The position numbers and the translations under genes are program-made. The notes under the pieces are model-generated. The model did not search any database. It was not told where the DNA came from and was given only the letters and a program-made list of their open reading frames with translations. 64,000 nt of DNA from an uncultured bacterium (lineage in GTDB: Bacteria > Planctomycetota > UBA1135), in contig CALFOT010000076.1 in the NCBI GenBank assembly GCA_937919925.1, positions 2,241 to 66,240 of the forward strand, given 5' to 3'. Shown here in pieces: positions 40,631-51,143 of the stretch. Each line of letters starts with the position of its first letter. The first letter of the stretch is position 1.

Positions 40631-41567
40631 GACGATCCAGTTCGGCGTTAATGAAAGCCATCTTCTCCTCGGGGGTGCGCTTGGTTACTTGGCGCAGCTC
40701 CTCGTAACGAGGGAAGGATTCGTCGCGGAAGAACAGACCTACGCGCACGCGGTCTCCTTCGGCAAGGCGTCGGGCTTCGTGGATGTCACCTGGATTATGG
40801 AAGACTTGCGACTTGTAAATCTTATCGGTGTTGGCGTCTTGAATGCCGTCTGGGTGCGACAGTACATCGGTGACTTGTGGATCTTTAATCGCCGCTGCGA
40901 AGATATCCGGTGTGAACACTGGGCAACGCTGCAAAATACGCACAAACGAAAAACCTTTATGTGCTTTGGCGGCCTGCAAAGTTGCGGCCAAGTGCGACGG
41001 CATCCAGTCGGCGGTTTGCGCGACGAAGGAAGCATTGGTGACGCCCAGCGTGGTTTGTAACGGATTCAGCGGCGGCAGAAAACTACCTTTAGTTTGCGTG
41101 TTCGTTTTAAAACCCTGCGGCGTGGTTGGCGAAGTTTGTTTCTTCGTCAGGCCATAGATGTTGTTGTCCAACAACAACACGGTCATGTCGATGTTGTAGC
41201 GAATGGCATGAATCCAGTGGCCGGCGCCAATCGAAGTGCAATCGCCGTCGCCCATGGTGACGAATACATCCAAATCTGGGCGTGCCAGTTTGACACCGGT
41301 GGCGATAGGGAGTGCGCGGCCGTGAATGCCGTGGAAACCGTAGGTTTCGACATAGTGCGGGAAGCGGCTCGAGCAACCAATGCCGGAAACAAACACCGTT
41401 TTCTCGGGCTTCAGCTGTTCGATGGCCAACAGGCGGTGGACCGCGGCAAGAATGGCGTGGTCACCGCAGCCTGGACACCAACGGGCAATTTTGCCCGCGT
41501 AGTCATCCATTTCGAAATGGCGGTCATCGGTGGAGCCACATTCGAGTAGGGAACAGGGGGAACTCAT
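40620..41567 (-). CDS. korB: 2-oxoacid:ferredoxin oxidoreductase beta subunit (KorB-like)
   Basis: WCPGCG, SGIGCS, HGRALP, GDGD, NNIYGLTK, QRCP. Start overlaps the alpha stop (ATGA). Substrate specificity inferred only. Confidence 0.9.
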   Translation of the reverse strand: MSSPCSLLECGSTDDRHFEMDDYAGKIARWCPGCGDHAILAAVHRLLAIEQLKPEKTVFVSGIGCSSRFPHYVETYGFHGIHGRALPIATGVKLARPDLDVFVTMGDGDCTSIGAGHWIHAIRYNIDMTVLLLDNNIYGLTKKQTSPTTPQGFKTNTQTKGSFLPPLNPLQTTLGVTNASFVAQTADWMPSHLAATLQAAKAHKGFSFVRILQRCPVFTPDIFAAAIKDPQVTDVLSHPDGIQDANTDKIYKSQVFHNPGDIHEARRLAEGDRVRVGLFFRDESFPRYEELRQVTKRTPEEKMAFINAELDRHAV

Positions 41568-43471
41568 GCTTTTACCTCCGCAGAAAGTTTCTTCTCGATG
41601 ACATCGACGATATCGCCAGGGCTCAAAGGTTGGCCAAGTACGCGCGTCCAGCAATCGACATCGACTAGGGTGATGGCGCGCAGCAGCGTAGTGAGCTGAC
41701 CGCGACGTCGGTTTTCTTCGTTAATGTACGGCGCGTTGGGATCGTCGCTGTAGTTGATTTCAATTGCCATCACTTGCTTAAAGCGCTTAAAAATTTCGGT
41801 AATCCCTGGCTCCATCGGCGACAAGAAAGTTAAGTTTACCGATGACACACCAAGGCCTTTGGCGCGCGCAATCGCTGCAGCTTCTTCGATTGCACCACGA
41901 GTGCTGCCCCAACCAATCAACAACAAGTCATTGCTGTCCGGGCCGCAAATGTGCGGCGGCGACAGAGTGCTTTGCAACACCGCAAGTTTGCGGCTGCGCA
42001 TTTCACTCGACAGTTGATTCATCGCTGGGTCATAAGTGACACAGCTATTTTGATCGTGGGCCAGACCGGTAGCCGTGAATTCACCACCTTTTTGACCCGG
42101 CACAATACGCGGGCTCAAGCCGGTTTCGAGATCCCAGTCCATCGGGCGGCTGCCTTCGGGGAGAGGGCTCAAATCAATTTCTGGAGCGTGCCAGCCGGCA
42201 TCCAGCACCGGGCGCACAAAGGGCTGCACTCCAGTTGCTAGGTTGGCGTCGGTAAGAACGACGACCACCATGCGGAAGGCCTCGGCGATACGGCGCGCCG
42301 TAACCATGCAATGGAAACACTCCTCCAAAGTGGAAGGGGCCATGATGACTTTGGGCGAATCGCCAGGCATGCCGTAAAGAGTGGAGAGCAAATCAGATTG
42401 CTCCACTTTGGTGGGCAAGCCGGTGGATGGGCCGCCGCGTTGGACATCCACGATGACCAGCGGAGTTTCCGTCATGACGGCTAGGCCAATGAACTCGGTT
42501 TTCAGCGCCATACCAGGGCCCGAAGTCACCGTGAAGGCCACTTTGCCGGCGAAGGAAGCGCCAATTGCCACACCGATGGCGGCGATTTCATCTTCAGCCT
42601 GGTGGACGATTCCACCCAAATCATCGTAAATCTCGCTGAGATAGTGAGATACGGATGTTGCCGGGGTGATGGGGTACATTGAGCAGAGCTCCAAACCGGC
42701 AACCACAGCACCCATAGCCAGCGCGGTGTTGCCGTTCATCACCACCAGATCTTCCGTGACCTCTAGGCAAGGGACGTTGATCTGAAAGCTCATATGCTCT
42801 GCAGCCCAGGTCATGCCGGCCTCTAAAAGGCGGACATTGCGTTCATACACGTCTTGAGACTTGTGCCGGAACTGCATGGCGATCTGCGCCTTGACCTTTT
42901 CGACGTCGCGCATGTAAATCCACGACATCAGACCCAGCGCGAACATGTTCTTGCCCTTACGCGGGTTATCCACAATCTTCAGGCACTCGACCTCCATCGG
43001 CACCTTGACAATGTGATAGTTCTTCGAGGACAGTTCTACTAACGCTTCCGCCCACTGCTCACGCACCTTTGGGTCTTGGTGGCTTTCCCACATTTCCTCC
43101 AACAGGATGGTGGCATCATCGGCAATCGCGCCTTGGCGGTGCCGGGCGAGCAAAACCTGCTCGTTGAAAGCAATTACCAACTTCGTTTGATTACCCCAAT
43201 TGGTAATCTTTTCAGTCCCGATACGAATCCGAACCCCACTGGCTCCTCCAGGAGAGCGCGGCGGCGGCTGAATTTCCGCAGGGATAATCTCAACAGTCCA
43301 GGCACCGTTGCCCATTTTGGCGGAAACCGCACCGAAGCTCTGTCCGCATTTCTGTGCGCCCTCCCCAGAGTCCGACACAATCTCAAAGATGTGTTCGGGC
43401 AGGGTATGAACGCTAGCTGCGGTTTTAGAGGAGAGAGAAGACACTTGGTCTTGTTGCGAGTTTGGGCTCAT
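41564..43471 (-). CDS. korA: 2-oxoacid:acceptor oxidoreductase alpha subunit (gamma-alpha fusion, KorA-like)
   Basis: SDSGEG, NMFALG, YPITPAT, QAEDEIAA, TSGPG, QRGGPSTGLPT, GWGST. Start set at MSPNSQ. Confidence 0.9.
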   Translation of the reverse strand: MSPNSQQDQVSSLSSKTAASVHTLPEHIFEIVSDSGEGAQKCGQSFGAVSAKMGNGAWTVEIIPAEIQPPPRSPGGASGVRIRIGTEKITNWGNQTKLVIAFNEQVLLARHRQGAIADDATILLEEMWESHQDPKVREQWAEALVELSSKNYHIVKVPMEVECLKIVDNPRKGKNMFALGLMSWIYMRDVEKVKAQIAMQFRHKSQDVYERNVRLLEAGMTWAAEHMSFQINVPCLEVTEDLVVMNGNTALAMGAVVAGLELCSMYPITPATSVSHYLSEIYDDLGGIVHQAEDEIAAIGVAIGASFAGKVAFTVTSGPGMALKTEFIGLAVMTETPLVIVDVQRGGPSTGLPTKVEQSDLLSTLYGMPGDSPKVIMAPSTLEECFHCMVTARRIAEAFRMVVVVLTDANLATGVQPFVRPVLDAGWHAPEIDLSPLPEGSRPMDWDLETGLSPRIVPGQKGGEFTATGLAHDQNSCVTYDPAMNQLSSEMRSRKLAVLQSTLSPPHICGPDSNDLLLIGWGSTRGAIEEAAAIARAKGLGVSSVNLTFLSPMEPGITEIFKRFKQVMAIEINYSDDPNAPYINEENRRRGQLTTLLRAITLVDVDCWTRVLGQPLSPGDIVDVIEKKLSAEVKA

Positions 43472-43488
43472 AAGCACAAAATTCCTAC

Positions 43489-43517
43489 CCCACCGTCGAA
43501 ACGCTGCCGACGGTGGG
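43489..43517 (-). promoter_or_regulatory. Stem-loop in the 5' leader of the oxidoreductase-rnf operon
   Basis: CCCACCGTCG (43489-43498) / CGACGGTGGG (43508-43517), 9-nt loop, adjacent to the AGGA upstream of the start codon. Confidence 0.45.
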
Positions 43518-43612
43518 AGGGTCGCACCTATTATGCACTCTCTACCAAAAGGTATGTAGTTATTTTTGTTTCGATTTTGTGCCAATTCTTAACGAATCCG
43601 TATGATTTCGGC

Positions 43613-44245
43613 ATGAATCGCATTTTTTGGCTACTGCTGAGTGGATGTTGGGGGGGCTCGTGCCAGGCACCATGCGCCGGCGCGGATGAACCACTGGTAT
43701 GGCAGGATTTACTGGCGGAGAATGTGGTGGGTGGCTGGCAAGCGAGTGCTTTTGGAATTTCGGGGAAGGAAGAGATTTCCGCACAGCGAATTATCTTGGG
43801 GATGGGAAACCCCTTCACCGGTGTGACGTGGCACGGTGTAGCCATTCCCCAAGTGGATTACGAAATCGAGTTGGTGGCGCAGAAAACCATGGGAGTGGAC
43901 TTTTTCTGTGGTCTGACCTTCCCAGTGGGGGAGGATTTCTGCACCCTCGTACTTGGCGGCTGGGGTGGCAGCCTGACCGGCTTATCGTGTATCGATGACA
44001 TTGATGCGTCGCAAAACTTCACGCGTAGTTTTCACAGATATGACCTCGGCGTGGATTACACCATTCGATTACGCGTGGAGCAACAGCGGCTTCGAGCGTG
44101 GCTGCAAGACGGATTACTCTTTGATGTCGATCTTTCAGGCCAAGCTTTATCGATTCGTCCGGAAGTGCAACCATCACTCCCACTTGGTATTGCTTGCTAC
44201 AACACGGCAACGATTGTTTCTGCATTCCGCGTGCGCACTCTCTAG
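43613..44245 (+). CDS. DUF1080 (3-keto-glycoside hydrolase-like) domain protein
   Basis: DFFCGLTFPV, LGGWGGSLTGLSCID, RPEV, PLGIA; TATGAT 6 nt before ATG 43613. Confidence 0.82.
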   Translation: MNRIFWLLLSGCWGGSCQAPCAGADEPLVWQDLLAENVVGGWQASAFGISGKEEISAQRIILGMGNPFTGVTWHGVAIPQVDYEIELVAQKTMGVDFFCGLTFPVGEDFCTLVLGGWGGSLTGLSCIDDIDASQNFTRSFHRYDLGVDYTIRLRVEQQRLRAWLQDGLLFDVDLSGQALSIRPEVQPSLPLGIACYNTATIVSAFRVRTL

Positions 44246-44254
44246 AATGCTTGG

Positions 44255-45697
44255 ATGCGTCCATTGCGTTTTCTGATTTTAACAACTTTGCTGTTGGCAC
44301 TCGGTGCTTGCACGCATCCAGAAACACGGCAACCGAATGTGATTTTGATTGTCGCCGATGACCTCGGTTGGGCCGAACTTGGATGTTACGGTCAGGAGAA
44401 AATCAAGACGCCCCACATTGATAGGATCGCGTCAGAAGGCAAACGCTTCACAGATTTTTATGCCGGAGCGCCAGTGTGTGCACCATCACGCTCGGTGTTG
44501 ATGACGGGCAAGCATATGGGCCACACTTTTGTGCGTGACAATATTGAAATCGGTGGTTGGGGCGATGACGATGGCGAAGGGCAACTGCCTTTGCCCGCTG
44601 GCACAGTAACCGTTGGGAGCTTGATGCAAGCGGCTGGTTATCAAACTGCGTGTGTGGGTAAGTGGGGGCTTGGCGGTCCCGATACCGAAGGCGAACCGAA
44701 TCGGCAGGGCTTTGACCACTTTTTTGGTTACCTTTGCCAGCGCCAGGCGCACAACTATTACCCCACGCATTTGTGGAAAGATGGCCAGCGTGTCAATTAT
44801 GAAGGCAACGTATTTCACAACACCACGGGTGCCCATTACTCGCATGATTTGCTGACGGAGGATGCCCTTGGTTGGGTTCGCGAGAACGCTGAAAAACCGT
44901 TCTTCCTGTTGCTTACGTATGCCGTTCCGCATCTGGCCTTGCAGGTGCCGGAGGATTCGATGGAGCCTTACTACGGTTTGTGGGAAGACCCGCCATACGA
45001 CGGCAAGAAGGGTTATTTGGCGCATCCCACGCCACGTGCAGCTTATGCCGGAATGGTTTCCAGGATGGATCGTGATGTTGGGCGGTTGATGGATTTGCTT
45101 TCCCAATTGGATATCGATGACAACACCATCGTGATGTTCACTTCCGATAATGGCGCCACTTATGATATTGGTGGCGCGCGCTCGGATTTTTTTGCTAGCG
45201 GTGGTGGATTACGTGGCGCCAAGGGCAGCGTGTTCGAAGGTGGCTTGCGGGTACCGCTGATTGTGCGTTGGCCGCAGCAAATCGCCGCAGGAACCGTCAG
45301 CCATATGCCGGCGGCGTTTTGGGATTTTTTGCCCACTATTTTGGATGCCGCAGGAGCATCGCCGTTGGCAACCACAGATGGCGTCAGCTTGATGCCTGAG
45401 TTGCTTGGCCATAGCGAGCAACCAGCGCACGCTTACTTGTACTGGGAGTTTCCTGCTTATGGGAGTCAGCAAGCGATTCGTATGGGGGATTGGAAAGCGG
45501 TCCGCCGAGATTTGCAGAAATCCGCAGGTCCAATCCAGCTCTACAATCTAAAAGAGGATCGCGCTGAAAGCAACGATGTTGCAGCGAGCCATCCTGAGCT
45601 GGTGGCACTCGCTGCCAAGTACATGACAGAGGCGCATACACCAAGTGTGTTGTTCCCGTTGCCGGGAGTAGATGCCCCTAAGCCCGCCGAAGATTAA
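44255..45697 (+). CDS. Arylsulfatase (Cys-type S1 sulfatase), possible lipoprotein
   Basis: [40 protein letters not shown]; LGAC lipobox. Confidence 0.94.
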   Translation: MRPLRFLILTTLLLALGACTHPETRQPNVILIVADDLGWAELGCYGQEKIKTPHIDRIASEGKRFTDFYAGAPVCAPSRSVLMTGKHMGHTFVRDNIEIGGWGDDDGEGQLPLPAGTVTVGSLMQAAGYQTACVGKWGLGGPDTEGEPNRQGFDHFFGYLCQRQAHNYYPTHLWKDGQRVNYEGNVFHNTTGAHYSHDLLTEDALGWVRENAEKPFFLLLTYAVPHLALQVPEDSMEPYYGLWEDPPYDGKKGYLAHPTPRAAYAGMVSRMDRDVGRLMDLLSQLDIDDNTIVMFTSDNGATYDIGGARSDFFASGGGLRGAKGSVFEGGLRVPLIVRWPQQIAAGTVSHMPAAFWDFLPTILDAAGASPLATTDGVSLMPELLGHSEQPAHAYLYWEFPAYGSQQAIRMGDWKAVRRDLQKSAGPIQLYNLKEDRAESNDVAASHPELVALAAKYMTEAHTPSVLFPLPGVDAPKPAED

Positions 45698-47328
45698 AGC
45701 ATGGGCAAGTCGGAGGATCCCAAGAAGAAATCATTGCCCTTGTCATCGGTGATGATGAAGGCCGGGAAATTTTCGACTTCAATCCGCCACACGGCTTCCA
45801 TGCCAGTTTCCGGGAACTCCAAGCATTCGACTTTGCGGATGCAATCTTGCGCCAAACGCGCGGCAGCGCCACCGACCGAACCTAGGTAGAAGCCACCATG
45901 CTTTTTGCACGCATCCACAACTTGTTGTGAGCGGTTGCCTTTGGCCACCATCACAAAAGAGCCGCCGTGGCTTTGGAACAAATCGACAAAACTATCCATA
46001 CGCCCAGCCGTTGTTGGACCGAAACTTCCCGACGCCATGCCCTCGGGTGTCTTTGCCGGGCCGGCGTAATAAACCGGAAATTCCTTCATGTATTCCGGCA
46101 GTTCGCCCGTTTGTTCGAGGCGATCGCGCAGTTTGGAGTGCGCCATATCGCGGGCTACCACCATCGGCCCACTCAGGCTCACGCGGGTCTTGACTGGATG
46201 CTTGCTGAGTTCCGCACGAATTTCATCCATCGGCCGATTCAGGTCAATCTTGACCACTTTACCGCCAAGTTCCTGGGCGCTCGTTTCGGGCAAAAAGCGC
46301 GCTGGATCGGTTTCCAGTTGCTCTAACCAGATGCCGTCGGCATCGATGCGGCCCAGCGCCTGGCGATCGGCAGAACAAGAAACGCCAATGCCGATGGGCA
46401 AGGAGGCCCCATGGCGCGGCAAACGAACCACGCGGACATCGTGGCAGAAATATTTGCCACCGAACTGGGCGCCTAAACCATTGGCACGGGTAATCGCGTG
46501 GATCTTCTTTTCAAATTCAAGATCGCGGAACGCATGACCGTTGGCGTTGCCTTTGGTGGGCAGGCTATCCAGATAGCGCGCCGACGCAAGTTTTACGGTC
46601 TTCAAGTTTTGCTCTGCGGAAGTGCCGCCAATCACCACTGCTAAGTGATAAGGAGGGCAAGCTGCGGTGCCCAAACTTTTGATATATTCGCCTAAGGTTT
46701 TCAGCAACAAATCTTCGCGCAACATCGACGGCGTGCTTTGATAAAAATAGGTCTTATTGGCGGAACCTCCACCTTTGGCAATGAATAAGAATTCATAACT
46801 TTGGCCACTTTTGGCGTAGATTTCAATTTGCGCTGGCAGATTGCATTTGGTGTTCACCTCTTCGAACATACCGAGCGGTGCCAACATGCTATAACGCAGA
46901 TTCGTTTCGGTGTAAGTCTTAAACACCCCGCGGGATAAAGCTTCTTCATCGCTGCCGTCAGTCCACACAAATTGGCCTTTCTTGCCCATGATGATGGCGG
47001 TACCGGTGTCTTGGCACATCGGCAATACGCCGCCTGAGGAAATACATGCGTTTTGCAGCAGATCGAGCGCCACAAAACGATCGTTATCCGAAGCTTCTGG
47101 ATCATCCAAAATATTGCGCAGTTGCTGCAAGTGGCCCGGCCGCAATAAATGTGCCACGGCGTGAAAGGCCTCTTTGGCCAATAGTTCCAGCGCTTCCGGC
47201 TCCACCTTCAACACGGTTTCGCCATCGACTTCTACTGTGCTTACAAAATCCCCGCTCAACTTGTGCCAAGGGGTTTCGGAAGGGCCAAGCGGGAACATGG
47301 ATTGGTACTGAAATTCCTTTTCCGACAT
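45694..47328 (-). CDS. fumA: Fumarate hydratase class I (Fe-S)
   Basis: [47 protein letters not shown]. Start set at MSEKEF. Confidence 0.95.
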   Translation of the reverse strand: MSEKEFQYQSMFPLGPSETPWHKLSGDFVSTVEVDGETVLKVEPEALELLAKEAFHAVAHLLRPGHLQQLRNILDDPEASDNDRFVALDLLQNACISSGGVLPMCQDTGTAIIMGKKGQFVWTDGSDEEALSRGVFKTYTETNLRYSMLAPLGMFEEVNTKCNLPAQIEIYAKSGQSYEFLFIAKGGGSANKTYFYQSTPSMLREDLLLKTLGEYIKSLGTAACPPYHLAVVIGGTSAEQNLKTVKLASARYLDSLPTKGNANGHAFRDLEFEKKIHAITRANGLGAQFGGKYFCHDVRVVRLPRHGASLPIGIGVSCSADRQALGRIDADGIWLEQLETDPARFLPETSAQELGGKVVKIDLNRPMDEIRAELSKHPVKTRVSLSGPMVVARDMAHSKLRDRLEQTGELPEYMKEFPVYYAGPAKTPEGMASGSFGPTTAGRMDSFVDLFQSHGGSFVMVAKGNRSQQVVDACKKHGGFYLGSVGGAAARLAQDCIRKVECLEFPETGMEAVWRIEVENFPAFIITDDKGNDFFLGSSDLPML

Positions 47329-47435
47329 TGTTCTAGGGAGCTGCTGGGTGAAGAGCGAAATCTGCGCCGACAGGATAACTCCGGCGGCTATCAAATTGTG
47401 GTCAAACAAAAACTCCTTTCCGGCGTATAGGTGCC

Positions 47436-47651
47436 ATGAAACACCGCAACGTTATCCACCTCACCTTTTCCGCTTCCCTGCTCCTTGTTTGCTTGGCTCC
47501 TGTTTCATGCACCATGCCAGATCAGCAAGGCTCTAGCGTGCGCAACTCCTATCCACCCATTGTGCAAACCGACACCGGCGGCACCCCTATGTTGCAAGAC
47601 AGCGGCTCCGGCTTGGAAAACGCCATGCGCGGCGTCAAAAGCAAAGACTGA
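47436..47651 (+). CDS. Small putative lipoprotein
   Basis: Basic N-terminus, hydrophobic stretch, PVSC lipobox; fills the gap between two genes. Confidence 0.5.
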   Translation: MKHRNVIHLTFSASLLLVCLAPVSCTMPDQQGSSVRNSYPPIVQTDTGGTPMLQDSGSGLENAMRGVKSKD

Positions 47652-47674
47652 GCCGCAGTCGCTAGGATAGTGGC

Positions 47675-50044
47675 ATGCGCCGCCCGCTATCCTTGACCGT
47701 GCTGTTTGTGTGGATTTCTCTATCCAGTTTGGTGCTTGCTGCGCCGCAAGCCGCTGACGATGAAATCGAGCCTATAGCGCCGGGCGCCCGGGTCGTGGTG
47801 CTGGTGCCGATTACCGCTGTTGCTTCGTGGCGCGATCTAGCCTTCCTGTGCGCGATTCCCGCTGCCACTGTGTGGAACAACGGCGATCCAATCGTGTTGG
47901 CGGTAGATGCGGAACTACCCTTCCGCCCGGAGTTGTTGGATTTCCTGCGGCGCTTCGAACCGTCGCGCCTTTTTTGGCTTGGCTCAGATCTGCCAGTTTT
48001 CCCGGCGCAAGAAATTGCGCGCTTGGAACACCTTGCGGCGAACGATTTATTGGAAGCCAGTTTGGCGATGTTGTTGGCCTGGCCCAGTGGCACGGAGAGA
48101 GTTGTTTTTTTTGATTCCGATGAACCAAGCTCGGCGATGTTGGCATCGGCCTTGGCTGCGCGCTTGCGTTTGCCGCTCTATGCCTTTGAACGGGATTCGT
48201 GGAATGACTTTGAACAAGGGGTGCTTGCGGGCCTCGGAGTGAAGAGTGCCCTATTTGTGGGTTCGCAAAAGGCTCCTAAGATCAAGGGTTGGAAGGTAGA
48301 GGGTTTGAAAAATGGCGAGGAAATCACTCGTTATCTACTCCGCAATGACCTCCCGGTCGATTACATAGCCTTAGTCAACTTGCAGGACAGTGCCGCAGGG
48401 CGCAATCGAAACTTAGCTCTTGCTGCGCCGTTGTTGGCCGCGGCCCACAATGGGGTGGTTGCGCCGATCCATGCCGACGTCATCTGGAAACGTCGCTTTG
48501 ATGCTACTGAAATCCTTGACAAAAAGCCCAACGGCGCCATGGAAAGTAGTGATGGTTGGCGCAAAGGAGCGATCTCCATTTTGGGTGAAAAAGACACTCC
48601 CTTCGTGACTGGCAAGACCCCGCAAGATGGTCGTTATTGGCTGCAGCTTGACCGCAACCGCGACGGCAAGTTCAGCGGCACCAAAGAGCCGCCGCTATTC
48701 ACCGGCGACGATTTCGAACTCGGCAAAGTGCAATGGACGGCGGACCTCGACGCAGAAGAAGCCAATCGCGGACGTGCGATTTGGATGACGTCGCCCACCG
48801 CAGCGGAGATTCACGCGGAGTTGCAAAAATTTCATAAGGCCGCCAAGCAGCAGGTGCAGTATTTGTGTTTGGTTGGGTGGCCCGATGCATTACCCATGGC
48901 AGTAATCTCGTATGGCCAAGGGATTGATGCCGATTTGGTTTCGGATTTGCCTTACACACAGACCGATGACGATCCCTTCGTCGATTTGGCACACGCACGT
49001 TTTATCGCCGAAGATTTGCCGTCGGCAACCTTGCTCGCTTGTCGTGGTTTTGCGCGTGATGACTTCCCGCAGCGTGATTGGGAGAAACGTTTTGCCACTG
49101 CCGAATGGGAAGAGTCCAGCCGCGCACCTTTCCAAGCCGCGGGTTTTTCTTTCGCCGGCCATCATGCGGGAGAAGCTCCTTTTGATGCAAAATCGCCGCT
49201 GGCGAATTCCGGTTTGATCGTGCACAGCTCGCATGCGATGTGGACTGTGATGGGTAAAACCTATGCTTGGGATAGCAACACTTTGTTGGCACCGGCGCTG
49301 GTGGTTTCGGCCGGCTGCAGTACCGCCTCGTTGGATCAAGATGCTGAGCATCGATCGGTTGCAAGTCGTTTGTTGAAGAATGGGGCGGTAGCGTTTGTTG
49401 GCAACTCACGCCGCGGTATTGCCGAGGGGGAGCTTTATTTCAGTGAGTTTTGGAATGCAGTTTTCGCGGGCCAAACGATTGGTCAAGCGCAACGCAGCGC
49501 ACAAAATTTTGTGATGGTTGCCATGCTTGAGAAAGGACAGCAAAACGGTGGTCCCTATTTTTATCAAATGCATCACCAGGTGTTGTTTGGCGATCCAGCG
49601 TTGCAACTCGGGTTGTCCTTCGGCTTGGCCGATCCGCCAGCGCTTGCTGAAACGAATGGCGATAAAGTTCATATTCGCGCGCCCCAACAGTGGCATCGCA
49701 CCGAGTACACGCCGCTCGCAGAATGGCAGTGCATTTATCCCAAGTTGTGGGCGTGGCGCGGCGCTGGTGTGGGTGTGGAAAATACTTGGCACGGTGCCGA
49801 TAAGCGCAATGAAGAGCAGTTGCTATTTCATGTCAAAGCGAACACGCGCAAGAAATACGACAACATTGAAGTCATCGGCAAAGTGCCAGATGGGCTTGGT
49901 TGGACTGGAACCTGTTACGTTGACGAACATGCCGACGGCAGCCGCAGTCTTTATTGGCGCGTGCGCCTAATCGATGCCGATAAAACCACCGGCGAAGTGC
50001 GTGCCCAAGTGGAGCAGCTCGATTTCCGCTTAATTTCAAACTAG
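47675..50044 (+). CDS. Secreted C25 (gingipain-like) cysteine peptidase domain protein
   Basis: Signal peptide; LCLVG, SDLPY, His in HSSHA, Cys in SAGCST, GAVAFVG, LFGDPAL. Confidence 0.75.
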   Translation: MRRPLSLTVLFVWISLSSLVLAAPQAADDEIEPIAPGARVVVLVPITAVASWRDLAFLCAIPAATVWNNGDPIVLAVDAELPFRPELLDFLRRFEPSRLFWLGSDLPVFPAQEIARLEHLAANDLLEASLAMLLAWPSGTERVVFFDSDEPSSAMLASALAARLRLPLYAFERDSWNDFEQGVLAGLGVKSALFVGSQKAPKIKGWKVEGLKNGEEITRYLLRNDLPVDYIALVNLQDSAAGRNRNLALAAPLLAAAHNGVVAPIHADVIWKRRFDATEILDKKPNGAMESSDGWRKGAISILGEKDTPFVTGKTPQDGRYWLQLDRNRDGKFSGTKEPPLFTGDDFELGKVQWTADLDAEEANRGRAIWMTSPTAAEIHAELQKFHKAAKQQVQYLCLVGWPDALPMAVISYGQGIDADLVSDLPYTQTDDDPFVDLAHARFIAEDLPSATLLACRGFARDDFPQRDWEKRFATAEWEESSRAPFQAAGFSFAGHHAGEAPFDAKSPLANSGLIVHSSHAMWTVMGKTYAWDSNTLLAPALVVSAGCSTASLDQDAEHRSVASRLLKNGAVAFVGNSRRGIAEGELYFSEFWNAVFAGQTIGQAQRSAQNFVMVAMLEKGQQNGGPYFYQMHHQVLFGDPALQLGLSFGLADPPALAETNGDKVHIRAPQQWHRTEYTPLAEWQCIYPKLWAWRGAGVGVENTWHGADKRNEEQLLFHVKANTRKKYDNIEVIGKVPDGLGWTGTCYVDEHADGSRSLYWRVRLIDADKTTGEVRAQVEQLDFRLISN

Positions 50045-51115
50045 CCAGAACTTCGCAGCAGCTTTCGCCACGCCATTCACCAGCAAAGTGAGTTGGTGTT
50101 CGCCTACGTAATGTTTGCGTGTGCTGCGGTCGGCGAAGGAATGTTTGCGTTGCCCCGCGCGTGAATTTTCATTGGATTCTGATTCTGATATTTGGAAAAT
50201 CTTGCGCGCGCCACGGCCATGGGGGCGCGCGAAGTCGATGCGGTATTCCATGCGTATTTTCCCCAATGGAGTGTTGCTGTACAAGCTCCAGGCAAAGTTT
50301 AGGGTGCCGCCCAGAGGGATGGAATCTTCAGTGAGTTGAAAATCAACCATTACGATATGTTGCGCATCACGGAAACCAAATAGCTGCATCGCTCCCACAT
50401 CGCCCGATTTCAACAACGTGCGGCATGCGTGTTTCACCAAGCGATCGCCATCTTTTGATTTACCTTTCCATGCAGTGGCGATTTCTAACACCAGAGATGG
50501 ATGGTCTTTGGAAATATCATTCAAGTTATTTGCCACACTGCGGCGTACATATTCGCTCGTATCAGACCGCAGAGCTTCAAGGATTGGCAACAACGGTTTT
50601 GGATCCCTCTGGAAATCCGGCAAGTTCATCGCCCAAGGTAAAAGAGGCCTGCAACCCTCACTCGCTAAACGCCGTACATGCTCATTCTCATCGTGAGTCC
50701 ATTCCAACATCACCTTTAGGAAACGCGGCGCATCCGCTTTTAAAAACGGCCGCACGGCAAATTCAGAGCTACCAAAGCGCGTCATCCAATGCAGAGCAGC
50801 GATAGATTCTTCCCAATAATCTAAACCATATTGCTCGACGAAATCAGGGAAAAACATTGACATATAGCCATCGAAGTTCGCCGCGGCAGCACGCACAATG
50901 GGCAGCGCCTCTAAATACTCCGGCGGTAGCGCCGTACGCAAACACGTGCAAATTCGCCGCATGCGGCCCTTCAACTCGAGTTCTTCCCAGCCGTCGCGAA
51001 ACACGTCTTCCACCAACGTCGCTTCGTTAATTCCAGCAGGTGCGCAAACAGAAACGACCGACGCTAATCTTTGCAGATAAGCGCGGTCGTACTGGTTTTT
51101 GAGGGCTTCGGCCAT
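50036..51115 (-). CDS. DNA alkylation repair glycosylase (AlkC/AlkD HEAT-like family)
   Basis: LELKGR, SSEFAVRPF, EHVRRLASEGCRP, SEYVRRSVANNLNDISKDHP, C-terminal TRKHY domain. Confidence 0.9.
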   Translation of the reverse strand: MAEALKNQYDRAYLQRLASVVSVCAPAGINEATLVEDVFRDGWEELELKGRMRRICTCLRTALPPEYLEALPIVRAAAANFDGYMSMFFPDFVEQYGLDYWEESIAALHWMTRFGSSEFAVRPFLKADAPRFLKVMLEWTHDENEHVRRLASEGCRPLLPWAMNLPDFQRDPKPLLPILEALRSDTSEYVRRSVANNLNDISKDHPSLVLEIATAWKGKSKDGDRLVKHACRTLLKSGDVGAMQLFGFRDAQHIVMVDFQLTEDSIPLGGTLNFAWSLYSNTPLGKIRMEYRIDFARPHGRGARKIFQISESESNENSRAGQRKHSFADRSTRKHYVGEHQLTLLVNGVAKAAAKFWLV

Positions 51116-51143
51116 CGGGAAGGCCAAAGCCTAGCGTATTTTT

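Noticed and set aside
40209-41060. 283-aa plus-strand ORF
   Set aside because: Antisense to two coupled operon genes; no motifs.
43575-43600. Possible Rex, FNR or sigma-54 site upstream of the redox operon (TTGTGCCAATTCTTAACGA)
   Set aside because: Half-site spacing and several bases disagree with TTGTGAA-N4-TTCACAA; no TTGAT-N4-ATCAA; TGGCAC lacks the TTGC element.
43076-43612. N-terminal extension of the 389-aa plus-strand ORF
   Set aside because: Antisense to the alpha subunit gene; the DUF1080 protein starts at 43613.
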